This document shows positions 9,278-18,611 of a stretch of DNA of 18,717 nt, in pieces. Under the pieces are notes generated by a model. That model made no database searches, was not told where the DNA came from, and saw nothing but the letters and a program-made list of their open reading frames with translations. This DNA comes from Fidelibacterota bacterium (GTDB taxonomy: Bacteria; Fidelibacterota; Marinisomatia; Marinisomatales; JABMOV01): contig JBHHUC010000039.1 in the NCBI GenBank assembly GCA_046861395.1, positions 1 to 18,717 of the forward strand. The letters run 5' to 3'. Numbering within the stretch: position 1 is the first letter of the stretch; every line of letters begins with the position of its first letter. Position numbers and translations under genes: made by a program.

Positions 9278-9913
9278 ATGGTTCCATCAGCCCGGTTTAC
9301 GGATGGACAATCACGACCCATCCGCAATATTTACTGCGTCGGTCGAAATTATATAAATCACGCCCATGAACTAAATAATCCGGTTCCGGAAGAACCTCTT
9401 TTATTCATGAAATCCACGGCTTCGGTGGCAACGGGGAATAGGATTCTATTACCCGAATCAGCCACGATCCATCATGAACTGGAATTGGTATGTTTCATTG
9501 GTAGGGAAATTCCTGAACCGGGACAAGAAATTGCGGCTGCGATCCAAGGTTATACGCTGGGCCTGGATTTGACAGATCGACCACTCCAGCAAAAGATGAA
9601 AGATGCAGGAAAACCCTGGTTCCGGGCCAAATCATTTCGCAACAGTACAATTCTTGGAGATTTCATTCCCGCCGATGAATTCAATTTAGATGAACCCTTT
9701 TTTCTACGGAAAAACGGTCAGCAGGTTCAGTCCGGGGCCGTGGGAGACATGATATTCCCCATCGAAGTGGTATTACAATCTCTGGCCGAAAGATTACCGT
9801 TGGGACCGGGCGATATATTGTTTACCGGCACACCTGCCGGGGTGGGACCGCTGCAAAGCGGCGATGTTCTAGAGATCGGTCCCCGGCCGGCCTATTCTAT
9901 TACAATTCTATAA
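9278..9913 (+). CDS. Fumarylacetoacetate hydrolase family protein (YcgM/FAHD1-like)
   Basis: IYCVGRNYINHAHEL, PLLFMKS, HHELEL, GLDLTDR, PWFRAKSF, GDILFTGTPAGVG. Confidence 0.93.
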   Translation: MVPSARFTDGQSRPIRNIYCVGRNYINHAHELNNPVPEEPLLFMKSTASVATGNRILLPESATIHHELELVCFIGREIPEPGQEIAAAIQGYTLGLDLTDRPLQQKMKDAGKPWFRAKSFRNSTILGDFIPADEFNLDEPFFLRKNGQQVQSGAVGDMIFPIEVVLQSLAERLPLGPGDILFTGTPAGVGPLQSGDVLEIGPRPAYSITIL

Positions 9914-10714
9914 CTTTCTCATCTCTTCCATCATCTCAGCCTGGAGCAGGCCATTGGTTGCCAGGATACTGCCGGAATGAATTGTATAATCATCACCGTT
10001 CAACTGGGTAATGACACCGCCGGCTTCCGAGACAATGACGATTCCGGCGGCCGTATCCCACGGAGCCAGGTCGAATTCCCAGAAACCGTCCACCTGTCCA
10101 CAAGCGACATGACATAAATCGACAGCCGCGGCTCCCAGCCGACGTACACCCTGGGTTCGGTCGGTAAACATCTTGAACAGGGCCATATTTTTCTCCCATA
10201 CGGCCCCATGCTCATAGCCAAAGCCGGTGACGAGAAGGGCGTGTTGCAAGCTCGATGTTCGGGAAACGGAAATTGGTTTTCCGTCCCGGAAGGCTCCGTG
10301 ACCCTTGATGCCAGTATAAACCTGTCCGACGGGTAATTCCACAACCACACCCAGTATCGGATTTCCTTTTTCCAGTAATCCGATGGAAACAGCAAAGGAA
10401 GGATAACCGTGGACGAAATTGGTGGTTCCGTCCAACGGGTCGATTACCCAGAGATAATCGGATGTATTACTGGTGGCGCCCGATTCTTCTGCTAGAATTC
10501 CATGATCGGAGAATTCTGTACTGAGCCGGGACAAGATAAAGTCCTCTGACCGCCGGTCCGTATCCGTAACCAGGTCCGTCACCCGTTTTTGGGAATAGGT
10601 TCGGGGTCGGTCCAGGGCGGCCATAATGATATCGGCGGCGCCGAGGGCCGCTGAACGGGCAACATCCAGAAATGTTTGCGTATCCTTAGCGAGTGCGCTG
10701 ATGGTTTTCGGCAA
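9908..10714 (-). CDS. suhB: Inositol monophosphatase family protein (SuhB-like); TTG start uncertain
   Basis: DLVTDTD, GILAEE, WVIDPLDGTTNFVHG, VRRLGAAAVDLCHVACG, LAPWDTAAG. Confidence 0.9.
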   Translation of the reverse strand: MPKTISALAKDTQTFLDVARSAALGAADIIMAALDRPRTYSQKRVTDLVTDTDRRSEDFILSRLSTEFSDHGILAEESGATSNTSDYLWVIDPLDGTTNFVHGYPSFAVSIGLLEKGNPILGVVVELPVGQVYTGIKGHGAFRDGKPISVSRTSSLQHALLVTGFGYEHGAVWEKNMALFKMFTDRTQGVRRLGAAAVDLCHVACGQVDGFWEFDLAPWDTAAGIVIVSEAGGVITQLNGDDYTIHSGSILATNGLLQAEMMEEMRKL

Positions 10715-12275
10715 AGTAGTCTTTTGTCATCTGTTTCAGTTTGGTGGACAGCAGGATGATGGCAATGAGGTTGGGGAAAGTCATGAATCCCAGTGCCGCA
10801 TCTCCGAACGACCACACTGCCTCCAGGCTGGCAATGGCACCGATGAAAACGAATAAGACAAAAAACCAGCGATATGGTTTAATGGCTTTAGGGCCGAACA
10901 AATATTCAGTGGCGCGGTCGCCGTAAAAGGACCAGCTAATGGCCGTCGAAATGGCAAAGAGTAAAACGGAAAATGTCACGATTTTATCGCCGAAGGCAAA
11001 GAGCCATGACAGTCCCGATTTAAAAGCAAAAGCTGTAAGCAAACTGCTGTTTAATAATTCGCCGCTGAAACCGGGATCAATTCGATTTACGAAGAATTCC
11101 GTATGTTGCCAGGCGCCGGTGGTAATGATCACCAAACCGGTCAGGGTACAAATAACGATAGTATCTATGAAGGGACCTAACATGGCAACCGATCCTTCCC
11201 GTACCGGATATTGGGTCTTTGCCGTGGAATGTGCAATGGCAGCCGAACCCTGGCCCGCTTCATTGGAATAGAGTCCCCGTTTGATGCCCCACAACATGGT
11301 ATTCATCAATACCAGGAATCCACCCCCGCCCACGCCGGCGATCTCGGCCGGCGGGTTGAAGGCCATGGAAAATATCATATTAAAGGCTGCCGTTACCTGG
11401 TCCAGATGGGACAGGAGAATCAGGGATGCGGCTGTAACATAAATTAATGCCATGAAAGGTGCCAGGTATCCGGTGACGTGTCCGATGCGACGGATACCGC
11501 CGATGATGACAGCACCGACGATAATGGCCAGGACAATTCCATTAATGATCTGTATGATGGAAACGGAAAATCCATCCCAAATCATGTGTTTGATCGTGAG
11601 GAAATGTTCTACCCCAATCACCTGGCTGACTTCCGAATATAATTGGTCGGAAACTGTGAAGGCCTGAATGGCATTTCCAGTAGCAAAAGAACAAATTATG
11701 GCAAAAGTTGCAAAGGCTACTGCCATCCAGCGCCATTTGCGTCCCAGTCCATTTTCAATGGTGTACATGGGACCCCCGGCCGTAAAGCCATCCTTATCAA
11801 TTTCACGATATTTCAAGGAAAGCGTACTTTCGCCATATTTCAATGTGGTACCGAAGAACGCGGTAATCCACATCCAGAAAATAGCACCGGGTCCGCCGTA
11901 ATAAATGGCAGTTGCCACGCCGGCAATATTCCCAATCCCGACGGTGGCTGATAAAGCGGTTGTCAGGGCCCGGAAATGGTTTAAATCTCCTTCATCATCG
12001 GGGTCGTCGTATAACCCCCGGGTGACTTCCACACCATGCTTGAAATATCGCAATTGGGGAAAACCCAGTTTAATGGTTGTAAAAATTCCGGTTCCCACCA
12101 GAACAATGATCATAAGAGGAATGGCTCCCAAAGGGAGGTCTTCACTGGGAAGATTCCTGAACCAGTCGAAATTACCAGGGAAGGACCAGACCGCTTCGAA
12201 TGGTTCTATGCCCCAGATAATCAGAACCAAAAGGATCATCACAAATGCTGTAATACCTGCCATTGCTTTCTTCAT
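10686..12275 (-). CDS. Alanine/glycine:cation symporter (AGCS) family protein; start ATG 12275 preferred, TTG 12338 possible
   Basis: ALSATVGIGNIAGVATAI..GGPGAIFWMW, GGPMY, RGLYSNEAGQGS, FIDTIVICTLT, MTFPNLIAI; GGGAG just upstream of ATG 12275. Confidence 0.93.
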   Translation of the reverse strand: MKKAMAGITAFVMILLVLIIWGIEPFEAVWSFPGNFDWFRNLPSEDLPLGAIPLMIIVLVGTGIFTTIKLGFPQLRYFKHGVEVTRGLYDDPDDEGDLNHFRALTTALSATVGIGNIAGVATAIYYGGPGAIFWMWITAFFGTTLKYGESTLSLKYREIDKDGFTAGGPMYTIENGLGRKWRWMAVAFATFAIICSFATGNAIQAFTVSDQLYSEVSQVIGVEHFLTIKHMIWDGFSVSIIQIINGIVLAIIVGAVIIGGIRRIGHVTGYLAPFMALIYVTAASLILLSHLDQVTAAFNMIFSMAFNPPAEIAGVGGGGFLVLMNTMLWGIKRGLYSNEAGQGSAAIAHSTAKTQYPVREGSVAMLGPFIDTIVICTLTGLVIITTGAWQHTEFFVNRIDPGFSGELLNSSLLTAFAFKSGLSWLFAFGDKIVTFSVLLFAISTAISWSFYGDRATEYLFGPKAIKPYRWFFVLFVFIGAIASLEAVWSFGDAALGFMTFPNLIAIILLSTKLKQMTKDYFAENHQRTR

Positions 12276-12338
12276 ATGTCTCCCGTTCAGATTAAGGAAT
12301 AACGGGTGAAGTTTACTGGTGTCTGGTCTTTCTGGCAA

Positions 12339-12384
12339 TTTTGAATATCTATTTATAAATTAATGTGTACTGATTTATTCCGGG
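12339..12384. promoter_or_regulatory. AT-rich divergent intergenic region, probable promoters for the AGCS gene and comEC
   Basis: Only divergent junction in the window; strongly AT-rich, with palindrome ATTTATAAAT at 12351-12360; -10/-35 boxes not assignable. Confidence 0.45.
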
Positions 12385-14736
12385 ATGTCAAGCAAGATGA
12401 ATGCCATACCGCTATTTTATGTAAACCTCGCATTTATTGCCGGGATTTTACTGCAAAAAACCGGACTTACCACCGGGTGGGTCATCACTCTGATCGTTAT
12501 CTCTCTCATCATGCTGTGGCACCCAGTGTATTACCGCCGGACAGAGTGGGTGTGCCTGGGAATGATCATGATTTTTGGATTGGGACTGGCCCGGCTCCAG
12601 GAATTAAATCAGGATTACCGGTTTGCTGTTTTACAGCCGTATGAGAACCGGGAGATCAAAACCAAAGGGGTTGTGAACAATATTTTCCGGACGAAATCGG
12701 GGAAATATCGCTATGGTGCCATTCTCTATCAAATTCAGACCGATACCGTCCGTCTGCCGACCGCAATAGGATATTTCGTTTATTCCAGAGATTCCCTATC
12801 GCTGCTGCCAGGAGATACCATTCGGGCCCGAGGAACATGGAAATTCTACCCGGTTGCTACGAATCCGGGACAGTTTAACGTGAGAAAGTATTACCGGAGG
12901 AAGGGCATATACGGCATGCTACTACCTCATGATACAACTGCCATCACGCTGCGTCCCGGCGCGGCATGGTCAATAGCGCGGATGGTTTATTTGCTGCGGC
13001 AGAAAATCAAATTGACATTGAACAATCACCTGGACGGCTACAGTGCCGGGTTATTGTCCGCTCTGTTGTTGGGCGACCGGTCCGCATTGGACCCCGAATT
13101 ATACCAGCGCTTCCGTACCATTGGCGTGGTCCATGTGTTAGCCGTATCAGGACTTCATGTCGGATATATCCTCGCTATTCTGACCATTCTGATGAGCGTT
13201 TTACGCATTCCCTGGGGCTATGATCGCATCGGCATTATTGCCGGGTTGGGGCTTTTTGCGGCCCTGACTGGTTTCACGCCTAGCGTATCGCGGGCCGCAT
13301 TCATGGCTGCCCTGTATATACTGGCGCCGGTATTGAATCGAACGGCAAATCCCTGGAATATCCTGTCAACGGCCTCGTGGTTTTTATTGATCATTGACCC
13401 GGGACAACTATTTCAAACCGGCTTTATTTTAAGTTTTACAGCCGTTGCAGCAATAATATTCTTTTACAATGAACTGAATCGGCATATCCCAGAGCGATTT
13501 CGGGTCCAGAATATTAAAAGCCAACCGGTAAAATATTTGTGGGCGTTATTCCTGGTGTCACTGTCAGCGCAAGTCGGGACTCTGCCTGTAACCCTATATT
13601 TATTTCACACCTTCCCGGCCATGGGATTGGTGGCAAATCTGTTTATCGTTCCTCTGATTGGAGTCATTGTAGCCAGCGGTATCCTATTGCTGGTTGTATC
13701 ATGTCTTCCCGTTATCAGTGGCTGGATTGGAAATGCTATTTGGCTTTTCACGCAATTGGTTTCCTGGCTTTCCACCGTCTTTTCCCGGTTGCCGGTGGCA
13801 TCGCTGCCGGTTCATCGCTTCACCGGCTGGCACATGGCGTACTATATCCTGGGGCTGAGTAGTGTTATTTTCATTCTCCGACGGGATATTCGCCGCCTGG
13901 GTCTGGTCCTTTTGCTGATAATTCCCCTGTTTATTTGGCAGTGGGCTCTGCTGCCGGTATCGCCGCGCGTCTATTTCCTCGATGTAGGGCAGGGGGATTG
14001 CTCCATTCTCCGCTGGCCCAACGGGAAAACCATGGTAATCGATGCCGGTTCCCGCTATCGCAACCGGGATATGGGCAGGGATATTGTTCTGCCGGCCCTG
14101 CAGTCCCTGGGATGTACCCGGATTCAGTGGTTGGTCCTGACGCATCCCCACAATGATCATCTGGGGGGAATGAAAACATTGTTGCGTCAAATTCCTGTCG
14201 ATACCGTAATTACATTTCAGTCGGATTATGGTAGTTGGACATACCGCTCGACACTGGCTCTGATTGATAGCCTGGGTATTGTTTTATGCTACACCGAACC
14301 CGGTATGCAAATCAGACTGGATCGGAAGTCAATTATCACGGTTCTTTGGCCACCGGCCGATCATGCGGCTTATTCCCTGAATAATGCTTCGGTTGTCCTG
14401 CAATTGAACCATGGCAATATTCGTTGTTTATTTACCGGTGATCTGGAATATCAGGGCGAACGTGCTCTGCTTGAGGTCCATCCCGATCTCCGAAGTCAAA
14501 TCCTGAAAATCGGTCATCATGGTTCCATTACAAGTACATCGGAAGAATTTCTTACCCGGGTGGCACCTGACTTTGCCGTAATTTCCGTCGCTGAAAAGAA
14601 TAAATTTGGACATCCATCCCCTGTGACACTGCAAAGACTGCAATACCATGAAGTGACCACCTTTGAAACGGATCAAACCGGCGCCGTCATGTTTGATCTC
14701 GTGGGTCCCGGCCTTCGTTATAAAACATGGAAATAA
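12385..14736 (+). CDS. comEC: DNA internalization-related competence protein ComEC/Rec2
   Basis: N-terminal DUF4131-like region with NPGQFN, competence domain ALLLGDR / HVLAVSGLH / PSVSRA / GFILSF, metallo-beta-lactamase domain FLDVGQGD, THPHNDHLGG, FTGD, KIGHHGS, FGHP. Confidence 0.95.
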   Translation: MSSKMNAIPLFYVNLAFIAGILLQKTGLTTGWVITLIVISLIMLWHPVYYRRTEWVCLGMIMIFGLGLARLQELNQDYRFAVLQPYENREIKTKGVVNNIFRTKSGKYRYGAILYQIQTDTVRLPTAIGYFVYSRDSLSLLPGDTIRARGTWKFYPVATNPGQFNVRKYYRRKGIYGMLLPHDTTAITLRPGAAWSIARMVYLLRQKIKLTLNNHLDGYSAGLLSALLLGDRSALDPELYQRFRTIGVVHVLAVSGLHVGYILAILTILMSVLRIPWGYDRIGIIAGLGLFAALTGFTPSVSRAAFMAALYILAPVLNRTANPWNILSTASWFLLIIDPGQLFQTGFILSFTAVAAIIFFYNELNRHIPERFRVQNIKSQPVKYLWALFLVSLSAQVGTLPVTLYLFHTFPAMGLVANLFIVPLIGVIVASGILLLVVSCLPVISGWIGNAIWLFTQLVSWLSTVFSRLPVASLPVHRFTGWHMAYYILGLSSVIFILRRDIRRLGLVLLLIIPLFIWQWALLPVSPRVYFLDVGQGDCSILRWPNGKTMVIDAGSRYRNRDMGRDIVLPALQSLGCTRIQWLVLTHPHNDHLGGMKTLLRQIPVDTVITFQSDYGSWTYRSTLALIDSLGIVLCYTEPGMQIRLDRKSIITVLWPPADHAAYSLNNASVVLQLNHGNIRCLFTGDLEYQGERALLEVHPDLRSQILKIGHHGSITSTSEEFLTRVAPDFAVISVAEKNKFGHPSPVTLQRLQYHEVTTFETDQTGAVMFDLVGPGLRYKTWK

Positions 14737-15662
14737 TAGCCGGCGTCGATGAAGCTGGCCGGGGTCCCCTGGCCGGACCAGTGGTAGCAGCGGCGGTCAT
14801 CCTTGATCCGGAATCCCCCATCCCTGGGTTACGGGATTCCAAGAAACTGTCGGCCCGCCAGCGGGATAAGTTCTATGACCTAATTCAGGAGCAGGCCTTG
14901 GCGATTGGTGTGGGACAGAGTGATGAAAAACAGATTGACAGAATCAACATTCTCAACTCAACCTACAAGGCAATGCAGATGGCTTTGGGGCGGCTGGGCC
15001 AAAAACCCGACCTGGCGCTGATAGACGGCCATGCTCTGCCCAATCAGATTATTCCCAACCGGGGCATAGTCAAGGGTGACGATAAAATCGACTGTATCCG
15101 GGCCGCTTCAATCATTGCCAAAGTGACCCGGGATCGCATCATGACGGATTATGATGTCATTTTCCCCGAGTATGGCTTCAAACAGCATAAAGGATACGGG
15201 ACGGCCCAACACATTGCTGCCCTGAAAGAATGGAAGCCCAGCCCAATCCATCGGAAATCATTTCAGCCGGTAAGGAACGAACTGCGCCCAGTTTCCTGGT
15301 ACTCACAGGCCAAAAAGGTCGGCTGGTTGGGAGAGAAACTGGCGGCACTCTACCTGCGGGACAAAGGTTACAGGATTATTCGGATGAATGAATACATTTC
15401 TCCCTACGGTGAGATCGATATAATAGCGGAACATTCAGGAGATGTAGTGTTTATAGAGGTTAAAACGGGGCGTTACGGTTCTGGTATGGACCCGGAAGTG
15501 AACTTGACGCAGCAAAAATTGACGAAAATGGAAAATACGATCAACCATTATTTACAAAATATGGACACGGTGCGCCCAATCAGGGTGGAAGCAATCACGG
15601 TGTTGCTGAAAGGAAAAACCCATATTTTCCGACACATTCAACATGTAGATTTTGATGACTGA
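14727..15662 (+). CDS. rnhB: Ribonuclease HII fused to a C-terminal YraN (UPF0102) PD-(D/E)XK domain
   Basis: AGVDEAGRGPLAGPVVAAAV, DSKKL, LIDG, KGD, AASIIAKVTRD, HKGYGT, HRKSF; then in frame GWLGEKLAALYLRDKGYRII, GEIDII, VFIEVKT. Confidence 0.92.
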   Translation: MEIIAGVDEAGRGPLAGPVVAAAVILDPESPIPGLRDSKKLSARQRDKFYDLIQEQALAIGVGQSDEKQIDRINILNSTYKAMQMALGRLGQKPDLALIDGHALPNQIIPNRGIVKGDDKIDCIRAASIIAKVTRDRIMTDYDVIFPEYGFKQHKGYGTAQHIAALKEWKPSPIHRKSFQPVRNELRPVSWYSQAKKVGWLGEKLAALYLRDKGYRIIRMNEYISPYGEIDIIAEHSGDVVFIEVKTGRYGSGMDPEVNLTQQKLTKMENTINHYLQNMDTVRPIRVEAITVLLKGKTHIFRHIQHVDFDD

Positions 15663-15674
15663 CAGGTTAGGTTT

Positions 15675-16652
15675 ATGACACATAGAGTAAAAAAAATCTT
15701 TCGCGAATTCAGATCCCTGGCAATCCTGATTTTGATTGCCCTGTTGTTGAAAGTCACCATTGTCGAAGCGTATATCGTGCCCACCGGCAGTATGGAGGAT
15801 ACGATTATGACGGGTGATTTTCTCATCGGAAATCGATTTGTCTACGGCATGCGCTCGCCGGATTGGATCGGTATTCCTTACACCGACAAGGGGTTTGATA
15901 TTCCCTTCATGCGTTTTCCCAAATTCAGGCAACCGGAACGGGGCGATGTCATCATTTTCAAGTATCCCCGTGACACTTACCATAAATATGTCAAGCGTTT
16001 AATTGGATTGCCAGGAGATACGATCCGCATCAAAAATCGCAAGGTGTTTGTAAACAGTGAAGAATTCAAATTACCGCCACACGGTAAATTTATCGCACCC
16101 AAACCATTACCACCGGAATACAAGCAGCGGGATATTTTTCTGCGAAACAATGGCAATAAAGATTATTTCGCTCCCGTCGTGATTCCAAAACAAGGTGATG
16201 TGATTCCCCTGAATGAAACAACCAATTGGCTGTACGTCGTTCCTCTCATGATCATGGATGGTCATGAAATCACACTGGAATCGGCCAATCGGCGGTTTGA
16301 ATTAACCGTTACGGATCCCAATGATTTATATCGGAGGAAAGAATCGGCTGAAGTCTTTGAGGCTTATTATCCTTCCGGAAACAAGCTCACACCCTGGTCA
16401 ACGTCCATTTCACAGGATACTTGGAAATACATGAAAATTGACGGCGTGCCGGTAACGGAATTGTCGTCGTATACCGTGGAACAGAATTATTACTGGGCCA
16501 TGGGGGATAACCGGGATGACAGCCTGGATTCGCGCTACTGGGGTTTTGTTCCGGAAACCCACTTGCTGGGAGAGGCTCTATTCGTTTATTTTTCCCTGGA
16601 TCTGGATCATTGGACGCCACGCTTAAGCCGAATCGGGACAATTATTCGCTGA
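15675..16652 (+). CDS. lepB: Signal peptidase I
   Basis: One N-terminal TM; catalytic Ser in VPTGSMEDT, Lys in YVKRLIGLPGD; box E MGDNRDDSLDSRYWGFVP. Confidence 0.95.
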   Translation: MTHRVKKIFREFRSLAILILIALLLKVTIVEAYIVPTGSMEDTIMTGDFLIGNRFVYGMRSPDWIGIPYTDKGFDIPFMRFPKFRQPERGDVIIFKYPRDTYHKYVKRLIGLPGDTIRIKNRKVFVNSEEFKLPPHGKFIAPKPLPPEYKQRDIFLRNNGNKDYFAPVVIPKQGDVIPLNETTNWLYVVPLMIMDGHEITLESANRRFELTVTDPNDLYRRKESAEVFEAYYPSGNKLTPWSTSISQDTWKYMKIDGVPVTELSSYTVEQNYYWAMGDNRDDSLDSRYWGFVPETHLLGEALFVYFSLDLDHWTPRLSRIGTIIR

Positions 16653-16762
16653 TTCGGCTTCCGCCTGCCAATTCAGAAGGGTCTGGTAATTCCTGTTTGA
16701 ATCCTGATCTGTCACTCGTAATTTGATTTTATGATTCGACAATCAGTCCTTACGGAAAAACG

Positions 16763-17473
16763 ATGAATGGTCATGAATTAATTCCCCTGCTCGGTAAACT
16801 CTGGTTCGTTGCCAACATCATTACCATCGCCGGCATCGTCGGGTTGATTTGGGTAGGGAAATGCCTGTCGGGATCCAGGCGCCAGACCTTTACCTATGTT
16901 CTCGGTGCGTTGATCATCCTCCGGGCCATCGTCATTCATCCTTACCAGCTGATGAACGGCACCTGGAGTGTGCAGTACAGCGTTCCCATTCAACTCTGTG
17001 GTATGTCGGCCATCATTGCCGGGATAGTCATGTTTTACCGTCCGCAATGGTTGTTCGAAATTTTATTTTACTGGGGTATCCCCGGCGCTTTCCACTCCCT
17101 GATGACGCCGGAATTCACCCTGGGAACCAGCGGCTGGTTTCTCTATGATTATTATCTGGAACACGGAGGCATCTGGCTGGGGGCCTTTTATCTGATTTTT
17201 GTGTACGGTATGAAACCGCATCCCGGTTCCTGGTGGAAAGTGTTTCTATATTCTCAGGCCCTGGTTGTCGTGGTGGCAGCGTTTAATTATATCTTCGATG
17301 CCAATTATATGTATCTATGTCAGCCTCCCATTGTGGAGAATCCCTTTATTATCGGTCCCTGGCCCTGGTATATCCTGGGAATTGAACTGGCCGGATTACT
17401 GCATTTTATCATCATATATCTGCCTTTCGGCTGGCAATACCGGAAACAGGCGGCGACTTCAGCTACGGTTTGA
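16763..17473 (+). CDS. YwaF-like (TIGR02206-type) integral membrane protein
   Basis: Multiple TM segments; PIQLCG, TP, YYLEHG, NYIFDANYMYL, GPWPWYI motifs. Confidence 0.8.
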   Translation: MNGHELIPLLGKLWFVANIITIAGIVGLIWVGKCLSGSRRQTFTYVLGALIILRAIVIHPYQLMNGTWSVQYSVPIQLCGMSAIIAGIVMFYRPQWLFEILFYWGIPGAFHSLMTPEFTLGTSGWFLYDYYLEHGGIWLGAFYLIFVYGMKPHPGSWWKVFLYSQALVVVVAAFNYIFDANYMYLCQPPIVENPFIIGPWPWYILGIELAGLLHFIIIYLPFGWQYRKQAATSATV

Positions 17474-17547
17474 ATATCATCATCCGGAGTATAAACTATA
17501 TGAAGGAAGCGTTCCTCATGCCTGAGAACCGATAGTAAATTTAGTCC

Positions 17548-18585
17548 ATGAGTACTTTACTCTCGTTTTTCTTTCTGGCCCTGGGAGTCTCATTCCTGTG
17601 TTCACTGCTGGAATCGGTGCTCCTTTCCGTTTCTCATACATTTGTGGGAATAAAGCAAAAGGAAAGGAAACCGGGTGGGGAATTTCTGGCGGAATTGAAA
17701 AATAATATCAACCGTCCGCTGGCGGCCATCCTGACCATTAACACCATTGCCAATACGGTCGGAGCCGCTGGGGTAGGGGCCCAGGCACTGAAACTCTATG
17801 GCAGCGGTTATGTGGCCCTGGCTTCGGGTATTCTCACCTTATGTATCCTGATATTTTCCGAAATCATTCCCAAAACCATCGGGGCGGTGTACTGGAAATC
17901 CCTGGCGATTCCGGCCGCCTATGTCATTCGCTGGCTAATTTTCCTGACCTATCCTTTCGTGTTTTTATCCTTGCAGATGAACCGCGTCATAAAGAGCAAT
18001 TCCTCGGAAGGCCGTTTCAGTCGGGAGGAAATGATTTACATGGCGGAAAAAGGAGAAGACGAAGGAACCCTGGAAGAACAGGAAAGCGATATCATTGAGA
18101 ATATCCTGAAACTGAAGGATATCAAAGCCCAGGAAGTCCTTACTCCGCGTTCCGTCGTATTCGGGTTGAATAAAGATGAAACCGTCGGTGAAGTGATTGC
18201 CAAATATTCTCCCATCGCCTTTTCCCGGATTCCCATTTACACTACGGATCTGGACCATGTCATTGGCTTTGTTCACCGCTATACCCTGGTGAATAAACAG
18301 GCCGAGGATCAGTTTGATGTTCGCATGGAAGAACTCATGGTACCTATCCATACGGTCCAGGAAACGGATTCGGTGGCGGATATTCTGACGGAATTCGTCA
18401 AACGCCGTGAACATATTTTCATGGTGGTAGATGAATTCGGATCCACCGCCGGGATCATTACACTGGAGGATGCTATTGAAACATTGTTGGGCGTGGAAAT
18501 CGTGGATGAACATGACAGTGTCGTGGATATGCGCAAACTGGCGAAGGAACGCTGGCACAAGGATAAGAAAAACAGGCTGAACTGA
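17548..18585 (+). CDS. CNNM/CorB-like DUF21 plus CBS-pair protein (hemolysin-family annotation), no C-terminal CorC domain
   Basis: SFLCSLLESVLLS, AILTINTIAN, IFSEIIPKT, VLTPR, FSRIPIY, VVDEFGSTAGIITLEDAIETLLG.EIVDEHD, then stop. Confidence 0.9.
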   Translation: MSTLLSFFFLALGVSFLCSLLESVLLSVSHTFVGIKQKERKPGGEFLAELKNNINRPLAAILTINTIANTVGAAGVGAQALKLYGSGYVALASGILTLCILIFSEIIPKTIGAVYWKSLAIPAAYVIRWLIFLTYPFVFLSLQMNRVIKSNSSEGRFSREEMIYMAEKGEDEGTLEEQESDIIENILKLKDIKAQEVLTPRSVVFGLNKDETVGEVIAKYSPIAFSRIPIYTTDLDHVIGFVHRYTLVNKQAEDQFDVRMEELMVPIHTVQETDSVADILTEFVKRREHIFMVVDEFGSTAGIITLEDAIETLLGVEIVDEHDSVVDMRKLAKERWHKDKKNRLN

Positions 18586-18611
18586 AATATTCTATTGTAT
18601 GTAATGGGCCC

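Noticed and set aside
18480..18585. Truncation of the DUF21-CBS protein (no CorC domain)
   Set aside because: Short forms ending after the CBS pair are a known natural architecture; clean basic C-terminal tail
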